From the IMG/VR virus record IMGVR_UViG_3300024308_000016, positions 186,001-250,000 of that record: a DNA stretch of 64,000 nucleotides, one strand, 5' to 3'. The notes beneath the pieces were generated by a model that was not told where the DNA came from, searched no databases, and worked only from the letters and a program-made list of their open reading frames with translations. The position numbers and the translations under genes are program-made. Below are positions 1 to 10,039 of this stretch, in pieces. Position 1 is the stretch's first letter. Every line of letters begins with the position of its first letter.

Positions 1-31
1 TGTGCCTAGATAAGAGGAGCTTATATCAATC

Positions 32-499
32 ATGTCTAACCAACTTCATCAACACGGCTACGTCAACAAGACGCGGCCGTGTGTATCTGTGTTCTTGCGC
101 AGTGCCGGGATTCCAGCTACTGCTCTGGGCTCGGTGTCGGGCGCCTCCTACAACACAGCTGTGGAAAAGTGGTTGCAATCGAACTGGACCACTAACTGGT
201 ATGTGATCAACACGCTGGGCGAGGAACTCACTGCAACGGGCAATCGCTTCTTTCGCGTGGCGTGCTCCAGCAAAGCGTATCTGGGAGCAGCCAACGCCGT
301 GGGTAAGTTCGCTGTGGCCAACCGCGACGCCATCGTCCATTTGTACTCCACACTGGGTGCTGGCGCGCAGATGGGTAACCATCCCGCTATCTCCAAGGCG
401 TTCAACTCCATGAGCTATCCGGAGAGGAAAGCCATCATGCGCGCTAACCTCGCCAGGCTTGAGGAAGTGCCTCAGGACGAGCCTCCTGCTAACGGCTGA
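32..499 (+). CDS. Hypothetical protein (155 aa)
   Basis: ATG preceded by AGAGGAG RBS; phage-like codon usage; no recognisable motif. Confidence 0.7.
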   Translation: MSNQLHQHGYVNKTRPCVSVFLRSAGIPATALGSVSGASYNTAVEKWLQSNWTTNWYVINTLGEELTATGNRFFRVACSSKAYLGAANAVGKFAVANRDAIVHLYSTLGAGAQMGNHPAISKAFNSMSYPERKAIMRANLARLEEVPQDEPPANG

Positions 500-637
500 G
501 CCAAGACACCAGCTCTAATAGAAAGCAGCACCTGTGCGTTCCTAGCAAGAGTATTTGGGCTCGAAACTATAGTTTGGGCACAGAGATTTTTGCCCTAATA
601 GGCACACCGATTTCCCTCCATGTGAGCTCTTAGGAGC

Positions 638-3544
638 TTGCACTACTTACCCTTTTACACCATGCAAGAAGCTAACAATTTCGACTCCCTGGCTGCCAAG
701 ATCACTCCTGACGTGATGGCTATCCCTGAGGGCTACCAAGTCCTGCGCAGGGCTGGGGATGTCGTGGAGTTCCGGCCCAACAAGATCGCTATCGCCTTGG
801 CCAAGGCGTTCATCGCTGTGCGTGGCAAGGAAGCCTGTGCGTCGGACTCCGTGCGCGACATCATCGTCGAGTGCACCAACCAAGCTGTGAAGGCGTTGGT
901 TCGCTCGCGTCCAGCTGGCGGCACCATCCATATCGAAGACATCCAAGACAATGTGGAGCTGGCGCTCATGCGTGGCGGCCACCAGGACGTGGCCCGTGCG
1001 TACGTGCTGTACCGGGAAAAGCAGCACCAAGCCCGCCAACTGGAAGTCAAGCCCGAAGAAGCGGCCAAGCAATTCATCAGCGTCGAAGACGATGGCGTCA
1101 AGCAGTCTTTGGCCTTTGCAGCTATCCGTGGCGTGGTGGTGCGTGCCTGTAAGGGTCGTCCTTCCACCGACTCCGAAGCTATCGTCCAGGAAACCATCAA
1201 GAACCTGTACGAAGGCATGCAGTTGTCGGAAGTGTACCGCGCCATGATCTTGGCTGCGCGCACTCGCATCGAGCTCGACCCCGAGTACACGTACGTGACG
1301 GCGGCTCTCCTGATGGATACCATCGTGCGTGACAACTTCTCCAGCACTCAGTACTCCAGCATGCAAGAGCTGTATGAAGGTGTGTTCGCCTCCAGTCTCA
1401 AGGAAGGCGTGGAACACGGCTTGCTTGATCCGCGTCTGCTGCAGTTCAACCTACCGCTGCTGGCTTCGAGCTTGAAGGCTGACCGTGATGGCAAGTTCGA
1501 CTACCTTGGTCTGCAGACGCTGTATGACCGCTACTTCCTGCACATCAACAAGCGTCGCATCGAACTGCCCCAGACGTTCTTCATGCGCGTGGCCATGGGT
1601 CTGGCCATCGAAGAGCCGGCCGATACCCGCGATGCCGCGGCTCGCACGTTCTACGACACGCTGTCGTCGTTCGACTTCATGAGCTCCACACCAACGCTGT
1701 TCAACGCCGGCACCATGCGGCCCCAGCTGTCGTCGTGTTACCTGACCACCATCCCCGATAGCCTGGAAGGCATCTACGACGGCATGAAGGAAAATGCGCT
1801 GCTGTCCAAGTATGCGGGCGGCCTGGGCAACGACTGGACCAATGTGCGGGCTATGGGCGCACACATCAAGGGCACCAACGGTGAATCCCAAGGCGTGGTG
1901 CCGTTTCTGAAGGTGGCCAATGATACTGCCGTTGCGGTGAACCAAGGCGGCAAGCGCAAGGGTGCCATGTGCGCGTATCTGGAAAGCTGGCACCTGGACA
2001 TCGAAGAGTTCCTGGAGCTGCGCAAGAACACGGGCGACGATCGCCGCCGCACGCACGACATGAACACCGCCAACTGGATCCCTGACCTGTTCATGAAGCG
2101 GGTGATGGCCAACGAGGACTGGACACTGTTCTCGCCCTCCGACGTGCCTGATCTGCATGACCTGTATGGTCCGGAGTTCGAGCAAGCGTACTATGAGTAC
2201 GAGCGCAAGATCGACACTGGCGAGATCAAGCTGTTCAAGAAGCTGCGCGCCGTGGATCTGTGGCGCAAAATGCTGTCGATGCTGTTCGAGACCGGCCATC
2301 CCTGGATCACGTTCAAGGATCCTATCAACATCCGCTCTCCCCAGCAGCACGTCGGTGTGGTGCATTCTTCCAACCTCTGCACCGAGATCACCCTAAATAC
2401 CAGCGAAGACGAGACCGCTGTGTGCAACCTCGGCTCCGTGAACCTGGCCAAACACATCACTGATGGCCAGCTGGACAAGCAAAAGCTGCGCGAGACCGTG
2501 CGCAAGGGCATGCGCATGCTGGACAACGTGATCGACATCAACTACTATCCGGTTGACAAGGCACGCAACTCCAACCTGCGTCATCGCCCGGTTGGCCTGG
2601 GCATGATGGGCTTCCAAGATGCACTGTACATGCTGGGCATCCCGTACGCCAGCCAAGAAGCGGTGGAGTTCGCGGACCAAGTGACTGAGGCGCTGTGCTA
2701 CTACGCCTACGAGGCATCGGCCGATCTGGCGCAAGAGCGTGGGCGTTACTCCAGTTACGAGGGCTCCCTGTGGAGCCGCGGTATCACGCCGCTGCAGTCG
2801 CTGGACATGCTCGGCGAGCAGCGCGGCTACGACTACCTGGACGTGAATCGTTCCTGGACCATGGACTGGTCGGCTCTGCGCACCAAGATCCTCAAGCAGG
2901 GCATGCGTAACTCCAACTGCGTGGCCATCGCTCCCACTGCTACGATCTCCAACATAGTGGGCGTGGACGCCTCCATCGAGCCGTCGTTCGGTAACCTGTC
3001 CGTGAAGTCCAACCTCTCGGGCGAGTTCACCGTCATCAACCAGTACCTGGTCAACGACCTCAAACGTCTGGGGCTGTGGGACGAGGTGATGGTGATGGAC
3101 CTGAAGCACTACGATGGCTCGTTGCGCCACATCGAGCGTGTGCCCGAGCGCCTGAAGCAGCTGTATGCCACTGCGTTTGAAGTGGAGCCCAAATGGCTGG
3201 TGGAAGCAGCGGCTCGTCGCCAAAAGTGGATTGATCAGGGCCAAAGCCTGAACATCTACATGGCAGGAGCGTCTGGCAAGAAGCTCGACGAGACGTACAA
3301 GCTCGCCTGGATCCGTGGCCTGAAGACCACCTACTACCTGCGTACCACCAGCGCGACTGCCGCCGAGAAGTCGACTGTGCAACGCAGCAAGCTCAATGCC
3401 GTAGCCTCCGGCCCCAGTGAGCCACCGGCCGCCAGCGCGATGAGCGCTATCGACCGCATCGCCCAGCAAGCGGCGCAGCAAGCTCCCGCGACGGACGTGA
3501 AGTTCTGTTCGCTGGATGATCCTGGCTGCGAAGCTTGCCAATAA
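638..3544 (+). CDS. nrdA: Ribonucleoside-diphosphate reductase class Ia, alpha subunit (likely start ATG 662)
   Basis: Motifs STPTLFNAG, QLSSCYL, SNLCTEI, VCNLGS, AIAPTATIS, GLKTTYY; C-terminal CxxC (CEACQ); N-terminal ATP-cone region. Confidence 0.97.
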   Translation: MHYLPFYTMQEANNFDSLAAKITPDVMAIPEGYQVLRRAGDVVEFRPNKIAIALAKAFIAVRGKEACASDSVRDIIVECTNQAVKALVRSRPAGGTIHIEDIQDNVELALMRGGHQDVARAYVLYREKQHQARQLEVKPEEAAKQFISVEDDGVKQSLAFAAIRGVVVRACKGRPSTDSEAIVQETIKNLYEGMQLSEVYRAMILAARTRIELDPEYTYVTAALLMDTIVRDNFSSTQYSSMQELYEGVFASSLKEGVEHGLLDPRLLQFNLPLLASSLKADRDGKFDYLGLQTLYDRYFLHINKRRIELPQTFFMRVAMGLAIEEPADTRDAAARTFYDTLSSFDFMSSTPTLFNAGTMRPQLSSCYLTTIPDSLEGIYDGMKENALLSKYAGGLGNDWTNVRAMGAHIKGTNGESQGVVPFLKVANDTAVAVNQGGKRKGAMCAYLESWHLDIEEFLELRKNTGDDRRRTHDMNTANWIPDLFMKRVMANEDWTLFSPSDVPDLHDLYGPEFEQAYYEYERKIDTGEIKLFKKLRAVDLWRKMLSMLFETGHPWITFKDPINIRSPQQHVGVVHSSNLCTEITLNTSEDETAVCNLGSVNLAKHITDGQLDKQKLRETVRKGMRMLDNVIDINYYPVDKARNSNLRHRPVGLGMMGFQDALYMLGIPYASQEAVEFADQVTEALCYYAYEASADLAQERGRYSSYEGSLWSRGITPLQSLDMLGEQRGYDYLDVNRSWTMDWSALRTKILKQGMRNSNCVAIAPTATISNIVGVDASIEPSFGNLSVKSNLSGEFTVINQYLVNDLKRLGLWDEVMVMDLKHYDGSLRHIERVPERLKQLYATAFEVEPKWLVEAAARRQKWIDQGQSLNIYMAGASGKKLDETYKLAWIRGLKTTYYLRTTSATAAEKSTVQRSKLNAVASGPSEPPAASAMSAIDRIAQQAAQQAPATDVKFCSLDDPGCEACQ

Positions 3545-3554
3545 CGGCATAGGC

Positions 3555-3587
3555 CCACCCGGGCTCCCTCAATAGGAGCCCGGGTGG
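3555..3587. terminator. 13-bp hairpin between nrdA and nrdB (attenuator or mRNA-processing stem)
   Basis: CCACCCGGGCTCC-7nt-GGAGCCCGGGTGG. Confidence 0.55.
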
Positions 3588-3614
3588 TTAATGTATCTTT
3601 TTCTCTGAATCGTC

Positions 3615-4700
3615 ATGTTGTCTTTTGAATCCACTCCCGAGCAGATCGCTCAATCGGCCGCTGAAGTCCCAGCACCTGTTCCTGGTCGCGTCAATGCCGC
3701 TGACAAGCGCATCATCAACGCCAAGACCGACGTCAACCAGCTGGTGCCCTTCAAATACAAGTGGGCGTGGGAGAAGTACCTGTCGACCTGTGCGAACCAC
3801 TGGATGCCCCAGGAGGTGAACATGAACCGCGACATCGCGCTGTGGAAAGACCCCAACGGCCTGACCGAGGACGAGCGCCGCATCGTCAAGCGCAATCTGG
3901 GCTTCTTCGTGACGGCTGACTCTCTGGCCGCCAACAACATCGTGCTGGGCACCTACCGCCACATCACGGCTCCCGAATGCCGTCAGTTCCTGCTGCGCCA
4001 GGCGTTCGAGGAAGCCATCCACACCCACGCCTACCAGTACATCGTGGAGTCGCTGGGCCTGGATGAAGCCGAGATCTTCAACGCCTACAACGAAGTCAAG
4101 TCCATCCGCGACAAGGACGAGTTCCTGATCCCGTTCATCGAAGCCATCATGGATCCGGCCTTCAAGACCGGCACTCCTGAGACCGACCAGACGCTGCTCA
4201 AAAGCCTGATCGTGTTCGCGTGCCTGATGGAAGGTCTGTTCTTCTACGTGGGCTTCACGCAGATCCTGGCGCTGGGCCGTCAAAACAAGATGGTGGGCGC
4301 GGCCGAGCAGTACCAGTACATCCTGCGTGACGAGTCCATGCACTGCAACTTCGGCATCGATCTGATCAATCAACTGAAGATCGAGAACCCTGGCCTGTGG
4401 ACGCCCGAATTCAAGGCCGAAATCACGGCGCTGTTCCACAAAGCCGTGGAGCTGGAATACGCGTATGCCGAAGACACTATGCCGCGCGGCGTGCTGGGCA
4501 TGAATGCCTCCATGTTCAAGGGCTATCTGCGCTACATCGCCAACCGCCGTGCAGTGCAGATCGGACTCGATCCCTTGTTCCCCAACGAGGAAAATCCTTT
4601 CCCGTGGATGAGCGAGATGATCGATCTGAAGAAGGAGCGCAACTTCTTCGAAACGCGTGTGATCGAGTACCAGACCGGCGGCGCGCTGAGCTGGGATTGA
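3615..4700 (+). CDS. nrdB: Ribonucleoside-diphosphate reductase class Ia, beta subunit
   Basis: [16 protein letters not shown] and RDESMH di-iron ligand motifs; [11 protein letters not shown]-terminus; directly follows nrdA. Confidence 0.97.
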   Translation: MLSFESTPEQIAQSAAEVPAPVPGRVNAADKRIINAKTDVNQLVPFKYKWAWEKYLSTCANHWMPQEVNMNRDIALWKDPNGLTEDERRIVKRNLGFFVTADSLAANNIVLGTYRHITAPECRQFLLRQAFEEAIHTHAYQYIVESLGLDEAEIFNAYNEVKSIRDKDEFLIPFIEAIMDPAFKTGTPETDQTLLKSLIVFACLMEGLFFYVGFTQILALGRQNKMVGAAEQYQYILRDESMHCNFGIDLINQLKIENPGLWTPEFKAEITALFHKAVELEYAYAEDTMPRGVLGMNASMFKGYLRYIANRRAVQIGLDPLFPNEENPFPWMSEMIDLKKERNFFETRVIEYQTGGALSWD

Positions 4701-4720
4701 TATCCCTCTGACATAGACAC

Positions 4721-4757
4721 CTTCTCCCAGACTCCCGGAAACGGGAGTCTGGGGAGG
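4721..4757 (+). terminator. Stem-loop terminator after nrdB
   Basis: TCCCAGACTCCCG-GAAA-CGGGAGTCTGGGG with GNRA loop. Confidence 0.7.
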
Positions 4758-4775
4758 GCGTTTGTAAATTGCTTT

Positions 4776-4799
4776 AGGCACTTACACCTTACTTGAGGA
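4776..4799 (+). promoter_or_regulatory. Putative phage early promoter motif, copy 1
   Basis: AGGCACTTACACCTTACTTGAGGA, identical to 36644-36667; intergenic, AT-rich upstream, precedes the nvRNAP-subunit operon. Confidence 0.65.
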
Positions 4800-4866
4800 T
4801 CAGCCGTTATCTTTTTAAGATGCGCGCTGGAAAGACTAACTTCAACAAAGGTATCGAAAGCAGATA

Positions 4867-6096
4867 ATGTCTGAAGCAAAATATGCACACCCTGGTTCAG
4901 CTCGATACATCCCGCCGCAAGCGTACGGCGACCGCCGAGCTGTGGAGATGGAGAGCTCCCTAGGCAGCTCCATAGAAGTTGCCAGCAAACGGGTGTCATT
5001 TTCTTCGACCTTAGACTATGACCTAGTCGCACTTGACCATATGAACTTCGCCACGGTGATCCGGGGTACTCGTTGTATCCACAACGAAGACAACGGCATC
5101 GTGCCTCGTGCAGTCGTTGTACACATCACCAATGTGTACAGCACCTATGAAGGCTCCCGGATGTCGGTAGACATCATGGACACCATAGGCTCCACAGTGC
5201 CGAGTTCTACCAACGCTTTCAAAGCTGTGCGCACCAACTTGCGTAAAGTGACTGAACGTGCTGCGCCCCGAGATCCCAAGATGTATCGTCGCAACGAGGT
5301 GACGTTGGATACGGAGATCCGGATACGCGATGAGATCCTGAAGGCTATGCCCGATGGCTATCTGGACGAAGTCAGTGGCTTACTGCTGGTGCCGGCATCA
5401 GTGTACATGGGAGATAAAGTCATCATCCATCCGTACAGCCAGCATGCCCAGGAGCTCGCACAGCGCAAAAACCTTATAGAGCCTGTGATGAACACAGACT
5501 CCGCCTCCATTGAGATCACCCTCGTGGACAATGCGAATCGATACGGAAAGCTGTATGGCTACTCGTTCGGACGGATTGTGGAGATCCAAGGCGTGCATCA
5601 TGAGACGCTTGCCGATGGGATCTATGTGAAGAGCAAAGGATCGGGTCAGACCGATCAAAAGGCGGTGGTGTTCAACTACACCATCGACGAAGGGATGCAA
5701 GAGCTCAAGCTCTATCCCACCAGTCATGAAGCCGAAAGTAACGGCAAACCGGACAAGATCTTGGAGCTCCGGGAGAAAGAGCTTCAGGAAGAGATCAATG
5801 CCCGAAAACGGGAGATCGACTTGAAACGAGCTGAGCTCGAAGAGAAGATCTTAGAAACTGACAAACTTAAAGCAAAACTGCAAGCACAGCTAGAGGAGAA
5901 ATCGTACACGGTAAAGGACAAGACCCTGGACTATGAACATCGCGCAGCGGTGCAGAAAGTCGAGTCCGAAACAAGGAAGGCTCAATACGAGGCCCGTAAA
6001 GAAAACGCAGACGTCATATCGGGTGCACTCAAGCTCTGCGGGATCATCGTAGGGGCTGTAGTATCAGTCTTAGGACTGATCAAAGTGTTCTTCTAA
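4867..6096 (+). CDS. Hypothetical protein with C-terminal coiled coil and membrane anchor
   Basis: 409 aa; E/K-rich heptads followed by hydrophobic C-terminus (LCGIIVGAVVSVLGLIKVFF). Confidence 0.75.
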   Translation: MSEAKYAHPGSARYIPPQAYGDRRAVEMESSLGSSIEVASKRVSFSSTLDYDLVALDHMNFATVIRGTRCIHNEDNGIVPRAVVVHITNVYSTYEGSRMSVDIMDTIGSTVPSSTNAFKAVRTNLRKVTERAAPRDPKMYRRNEVTLDTEIRIRDEILKAMPDGYLDEVSGLLLVPASVYMGDKVIIHPYSQHAQELAQRKNLIEPVMNTDSASIEITLVDNANRYGKLYGYSFGRIVEIQGVHHETLADGIYVKSKGSGQTDQKAVVFNYTIDEGMQELKLYPTSHEAESNGKPDKILELREKELQEEINARKREIDLKRAELEEKILETDKLKAKLQAQLEEKSYTVKDKTLDYEHRAAVQKVESETRKAQYEARKENADVISGALKLCGIIVGAVVSVLGLIKVFF

Positions 6097-6108
6097 AAGG
6101 AAGCCCAA

Positions 6109-7743
6109 ATGACACACTCGATACTCGCCAAGGTAGTGGCCAAACGCACCCCCAAGCTCAACCCGCACATCATGAACGGGTTGGCGGTTCACTACCTCCG
6201 GGATTCGGAAAAGGAACGGTACATCAACAACTACGCTCGCAAGACCATCCATGGCGCAGTACCCAATCTGGAGTACCATGGATACGAGCGGTGTACTCCT
6301 GAAGAAGAGTACAGGGAAGTGACCAAGCTGCGCAACAACCGGCGTCAGTACGACATGGCGAGATCGGACATGTACATGATCCGAATCAACGCGTCGTTCC
6401 CTGACAATGGCAAACAGCGCCCGCTGGCCGATAAGTACCTGTACCTGCCCTCAGTGGGACCGGGCTCGCTGATGCACATTGGTGGCTCCCTGTTCCACAT
6501 CAAGGCAGTGCTTACTGACAAGGTGATCTCCCCTGGTCATCGGTCATTGTTCGTACGGATGCTGGGGACGAAGAAGAACTTCTATCGTTCCGGTTACTCC
6601 ATACGCGCCGATGGCCAAGTCAAGCCCACCTTTGTGACTCACTCCCTGATCTACGACGCAAGGAAAGCTTCCCTGCCGCCGACGACCAAGGCCATGAGCA
6701 CGATGGTGCACTATCTTCTTCAAGCCTACGGTTTCACGGAAACATTCCGAAAATACCTGGGACATGTCCCGGTTGTCGGATATGAGGACGAGGTCAACGA
6801 GAAAAACTATCCGGCCAGCGACTGGGTGATTGTGAGCACGTATCACACGCACATCAAGCCGGCCGGGTATATTGACAACGGACCGTACACGCCATCGACG
6901 CTTCAGATGGCGGTGCGGCGTGACAAGTGGGACTACGCAACGATCGCGTTTGTCTCCGAATTCTTCTACATCGTAGACCACTTCCCGCAGAACGTTACTG
7001 TGGACAGTCTCGATGAAACTTCCAATTGGCTGATCCTGCTCGGCTACATCCTTATCGGTGGACAATACACTATTGGTCGGATCTACTCCCAGATGCAGGA
7101 ACATCTGGCGAGTTTGACCGACTTCGTCGACGACAGCGCTATGGAGAAACTCTCCGAGCGCGGTTACCTTATCGAGAACTTCTACGACTTTGTGGCCATG
7201 CTCACTGTGCAGTTTCCGAAACTGCTCGCTGAAAATGACCGGGTCGGCAACATCTATGAGAAGTACTACGATGTCACCTATCACACACTGCGGAGTATCA
7301 CATACGCGCTGACTCGGCTGCGCTACGATCTACAAAAGACCTCCAAACGCTTCAGTCCAGTTTACAATAACGTAAACAACACATGGATCCGCAAGCTGCT
7401 GCCTGGTCCCATCTTCGGCCTGTCGTCAGAAGGCCGAGTAGTAGAGGTTGTCTCCTATCCAGGGGACATGTGGTATTTCCGCCTGACCTCCAAGGTGTCT
7501 GAGCAAGAAAAGGTCGCCTCCGCCGGCAAGGGCGGTTCGCGTCGTGGCTCCAAGGAAAACAATTTCTTGGATGTCTCGATGATTGAAGGCGGCTCTATCT
7601 TGTTCTTGCCCAAATCAGACCCAACACCCGTGGGTAACATCAACCCGTATGTCGAGATCAACTTGGCTACGGGCTCGATCGTGCCCAACCCAGAGCTGGC
7701 AGACGTGCTGGCTCGAACCCGCGAGAAGCTTGACAACAAGTAA
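6109..7743 (+). CDS. Non-virion RNA polymerase beta-like subunit (phiKZ gp123-like)
   Basis: 544 aa; N-terminal TPKLNPHIMNG...ERCTP...SDMYMI and C-terminal DPTPVGNINPY match my recollection of the gp123 family; AAGGAAG RBS. Confidence 0.8.
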   Translation: MTHSILAKVVAKRTPKLNPHIMNGLAVHYLRDSEKERYINNYARKTIHGAVPNLEYHGYERCTPEEEYREVTKLRNNRRQYDMARSDMYMIRINASFPDNGKQRPLADKYLYLPSVGPGSLMHIGGSLFHIKAVLTDKVISPGHRSLFVRMLGTKKNFYRSGYSIRADGQVKPTFVTHSLIYDARKASLPPTTKAMSTMVHYLLQAYGFTETFRKYLGHVPVVGYEDEVNEKNYPASDWVIVSTYHTHIKPAGYIDNGPYTPSTLQMAVRRDKWDYATIAFVSEFFYIVDHFPQNVTVDSLDETSNWLILLGYILIGGQYTIGRIYSQMQEHLASLTDFVDDSAMEKLSERGYLIENFYDFVAMLTVQFPKLLAENDRVGNIYEKYYDVTYHTLRSITYALTRLRYDLQKTSKRFSPVYNNVNNTWIRKLLPGPIFGLSSEGRVVEVVSYPGDMWYFRLTSKVSEQEKVASAGKGGSRRGSKENNFLDVSMIEGGSILFLPKSDPTPVGNINPYVEINLATGSIVPNPELADVLARTREKLDNK

Positions 7744-7793
7744 GGCCCTTGCGGGCTCTGCCCTATTCTCTAGAGAAACAGAAAGCTTTCATC

Positions 7794-9962
7794 ATGGCAA
7801 CACCTTTTTCGTTTGACCGGCCGAATGGAAGGCCGGAGTTCTTCACCTTGCGGTCGTGGAAGTTCACGCCCGACATCAAGGTGCCCCGTGATATCGAAGA
7901 GTTCATGGACGAAGTTGCGATGACCATCGCCAACGTCGTGGCCCAGGACTCGGACAAGAACGCACTGGCGACACTGCAGTTCAACATGTACACGGACAAG
8001 GACTTCGACAATCGGGACTTCTCCGACGCTGTGCGCTTTGCGATGGAGATGCTGGAGATCGAGCTGTCGGCTCGCACCAACAGCAGCCCTCGTCGCGCTG
8101 TGGAGGCCACTGCCAACTTGGCCGTATCCATGCTGCGTGCAGCGTTGATCGATGAGTTCCCGGAACTGGAGCGCGAAGTGAGCGAAGCGGTGCGACGCGA
8201 AGCCATTTACGCAGTGCGCCAGTATCAGCGGATGATCGCCACCATCGAGGACTTCCAAAAGGAAGATCGTCGTGACCTGCGTGACGATCGCCGCGAGCGC
8301 TCGTATCGCGATGATGATGATCGGGACTACCGCGATCGTCCTCGCCGTGTGGTGCGCGAGCGCGACGATGACCGCGATCGTTCGTCTACTGGCAGCAGCT
8401 GGCGCAATCGTGGTCGTGATGACGACCGCGATCGTCCGGCGTCCGGTCGTATCGGCTGGCGTGACTCCAGGGGTCGCACCCAGGGAGCTGTGCGTCAGTA
8501 CGACACCGAAGATCCCAAGCCGGGCTGGGGGTCTGAAGAATACGACTGCGGCAATCCCGAGCGTTTCCGCGCTCAGCAATCTGAGCGTCAAGGTGGCGCA
8601 CTGTACGACCGCCGCACTCGCCGTGGTGGTATCGGTGACTGCCAACGTCCGTCCCATCGCGATGAGCCCGCTGAACCCGCACAGCGTCCTTCGGTGCACT
8701 CAGCGCGCATCAGTGCATACATGGACGATGTGGCGCCTCCAGCTCCGCCGTCTCCACCGGCTCGTCAAGAGCCTGAACAAGACAGCCGCACTTCCCAAGA
8801 ACGTGCCAATGACGTTATGCGTCAAGGCGGCCAGGCCATGCGCCAGGCTCGGGACGCGGCTGTCCAAAACCAACGCGAGGAAGAACGCGCGCGCCTGTCT
8901 TCTGAAAGGAAGCTGCGTTCGTGGGAGCCTCCGGAAATCGAAACCGTCACAGGAGAGACTGAAATGCAATTCATGGAACACAACAGTATCTATGAGCCCA
9001 CCAATCAGCAGCCCGAACCCATGGCCGCGCAGTACAAGGAACTGCTGGACCTGGCGCAGGCGCTGCAGTTCGATGGGCTGATCGAAGAATCCCAGATCGA
9101 AAAGCTCATCGATGTCCAGACCCCTGGCAAGATGGCTCAGGACGTGGATCTGCATACCGCGGTGGATACCGTGCTGGCTGACTCCATCAAGATGGCGGTC
9201 TCCAAGATCGTGGACGGCAAAGACACGCGCCGCATCTACCGCGCCGGCATCATCGTCTCCAACCCCTTCGTGGGCCGCGAATCGCTCAACGGTGTCCAAG
9301 GCCGCATCCGTCGCTCCACTTCCATGACGGATCTGCACCGCCACATGAACGAGATCGCTGCCGGCATCAAGAACCTGGGCGCCCTCGATCCCGTGGCCTC
9401 CGATGTGCGTGCAGCGGTGGACTTCGTCGACCGCTACATCACGGCCGAGTACAACCGCTACATGACGACGGTCATGGGGCTGAGCGAGCCGGGTACCGTG
9501 GTGATGAAGAGCTGGCTGTCGGATTTCGGCGATCTGGTCGATGGCATCGCCAAGAACTTCCACCAACGCCAGGTCTCCAACATCGCCGCCTTCACGAACA
9601 ACCTGTTCAAGGCGTTCAACGAGATGATCAACACCGAGCTCAAGGCCGACACCAACGTGCACGAGCTGCTGGGTGTGGACAAGGACAACATCGGTATCAT
9701 CAGCCTGCCGCGTCCGTACTACTTCACGGTCATTCCGTTCACCGGCCGCGAGCTGGGCTATGGCACCTTCAAGCCGTGCTCCATCCCGCCCAACAAGGCT
9801 CCGTTCCTTCGCAGCCTGATCCTCAACCGCGACAAGGTCGAGGAGCTCACCGGCTGCACGCAGGCGGTGCAGGTGTTCGTCACGCGCGATCGCCAGGCGT
9901 TCGAGATGTACCGCGATCCCCTGAATGCGGACAACTACATCGTCTCGCCCATCGCTCTGTAA
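7794..9962 (+). CDS. Conserved jumbo-phage protein with central Arg/Asp-rich disordered region
   Basis: ATG 7794 lies after a hairpin; folded-looking N- and C-terminal parts flank RD-rich and P/Q-rich segments. Confidence 0.75.
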   Translation: MATPFSFDRPNGRPEFFTLRSWKFTPDIKVPRDIEEFMDEVAMTIANVVAQDSDKNALATLQFNMYTDKDFDNRDFSDAVRFAMEMLEIELSARTNSSPRRAVEATANLAVSMLRAALIDEFPELEREVSEAVRREAIYAVRQYQRMIATIEDFQKEDRRDLRDDRRERSYRDDDDRDYRDRPRRVVRERDDDRDRSSTGSSWRNRGRDDDRDRPASGRIGWRDSRGRTQGAVRQYDTEDPKPGWGSEEYDCGNPERFRAQQSERQGGALYDRRTRRGGIGDCQRPSHRDEPAEPAQRPSVHSARISAYMDDVAPPAPPSPPARQEPEQDSRTSQERANDVMRQGGQAMRQARDAAVQNQREEERARLSSERKLRSWEPPEIETVTGETEMQFMEHNSIYEPTNQQPEPMAAQYKELLDLAQALQFDGLIEESQIEKLIDVQTPGKMAQDVDLHTAVDTVLADSIKMAVSKIVDGKDTRRIYRAGIIVSNPFVGRESLNGVQGRIRRSTSMTDLHRHMNEIAAGIKNLGALDPVASDVRAAVDFVDRYITAEYNRYMTTVMGLSEPGTVVMKSWLSDFGDLVDGIAKNFHQRQVSNIAAFTNNLFKAFNEMINTELKADTNVHELLGVDKDNIGIISLPRPYYFTVIPFTGRELGYGTFKPCSIPPNKAPFLRSLILNRDKVEELTGCTQAVQVFVTRDRQAFEMYRDPLNADNYIVSPIAL

Positions 9963-9976
9963 TATGAGCACATAGC

Positions 9977-10030
9977 CCTCCCGCCACCAGAGCCTCACGG
10001 CTCTGGTGGTAGGGGTGCTCTTTTTTTTTT
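9977..10030 (+). terminator. Intrinsic terminator between convergent genes
   Basis: GCCACCAGAGCC-TCAC-GGCTCTGGTGGT followed by a T10 tract. Confidence 0.85.
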
Positions 10031-10039
10031 GTCTGAAGA

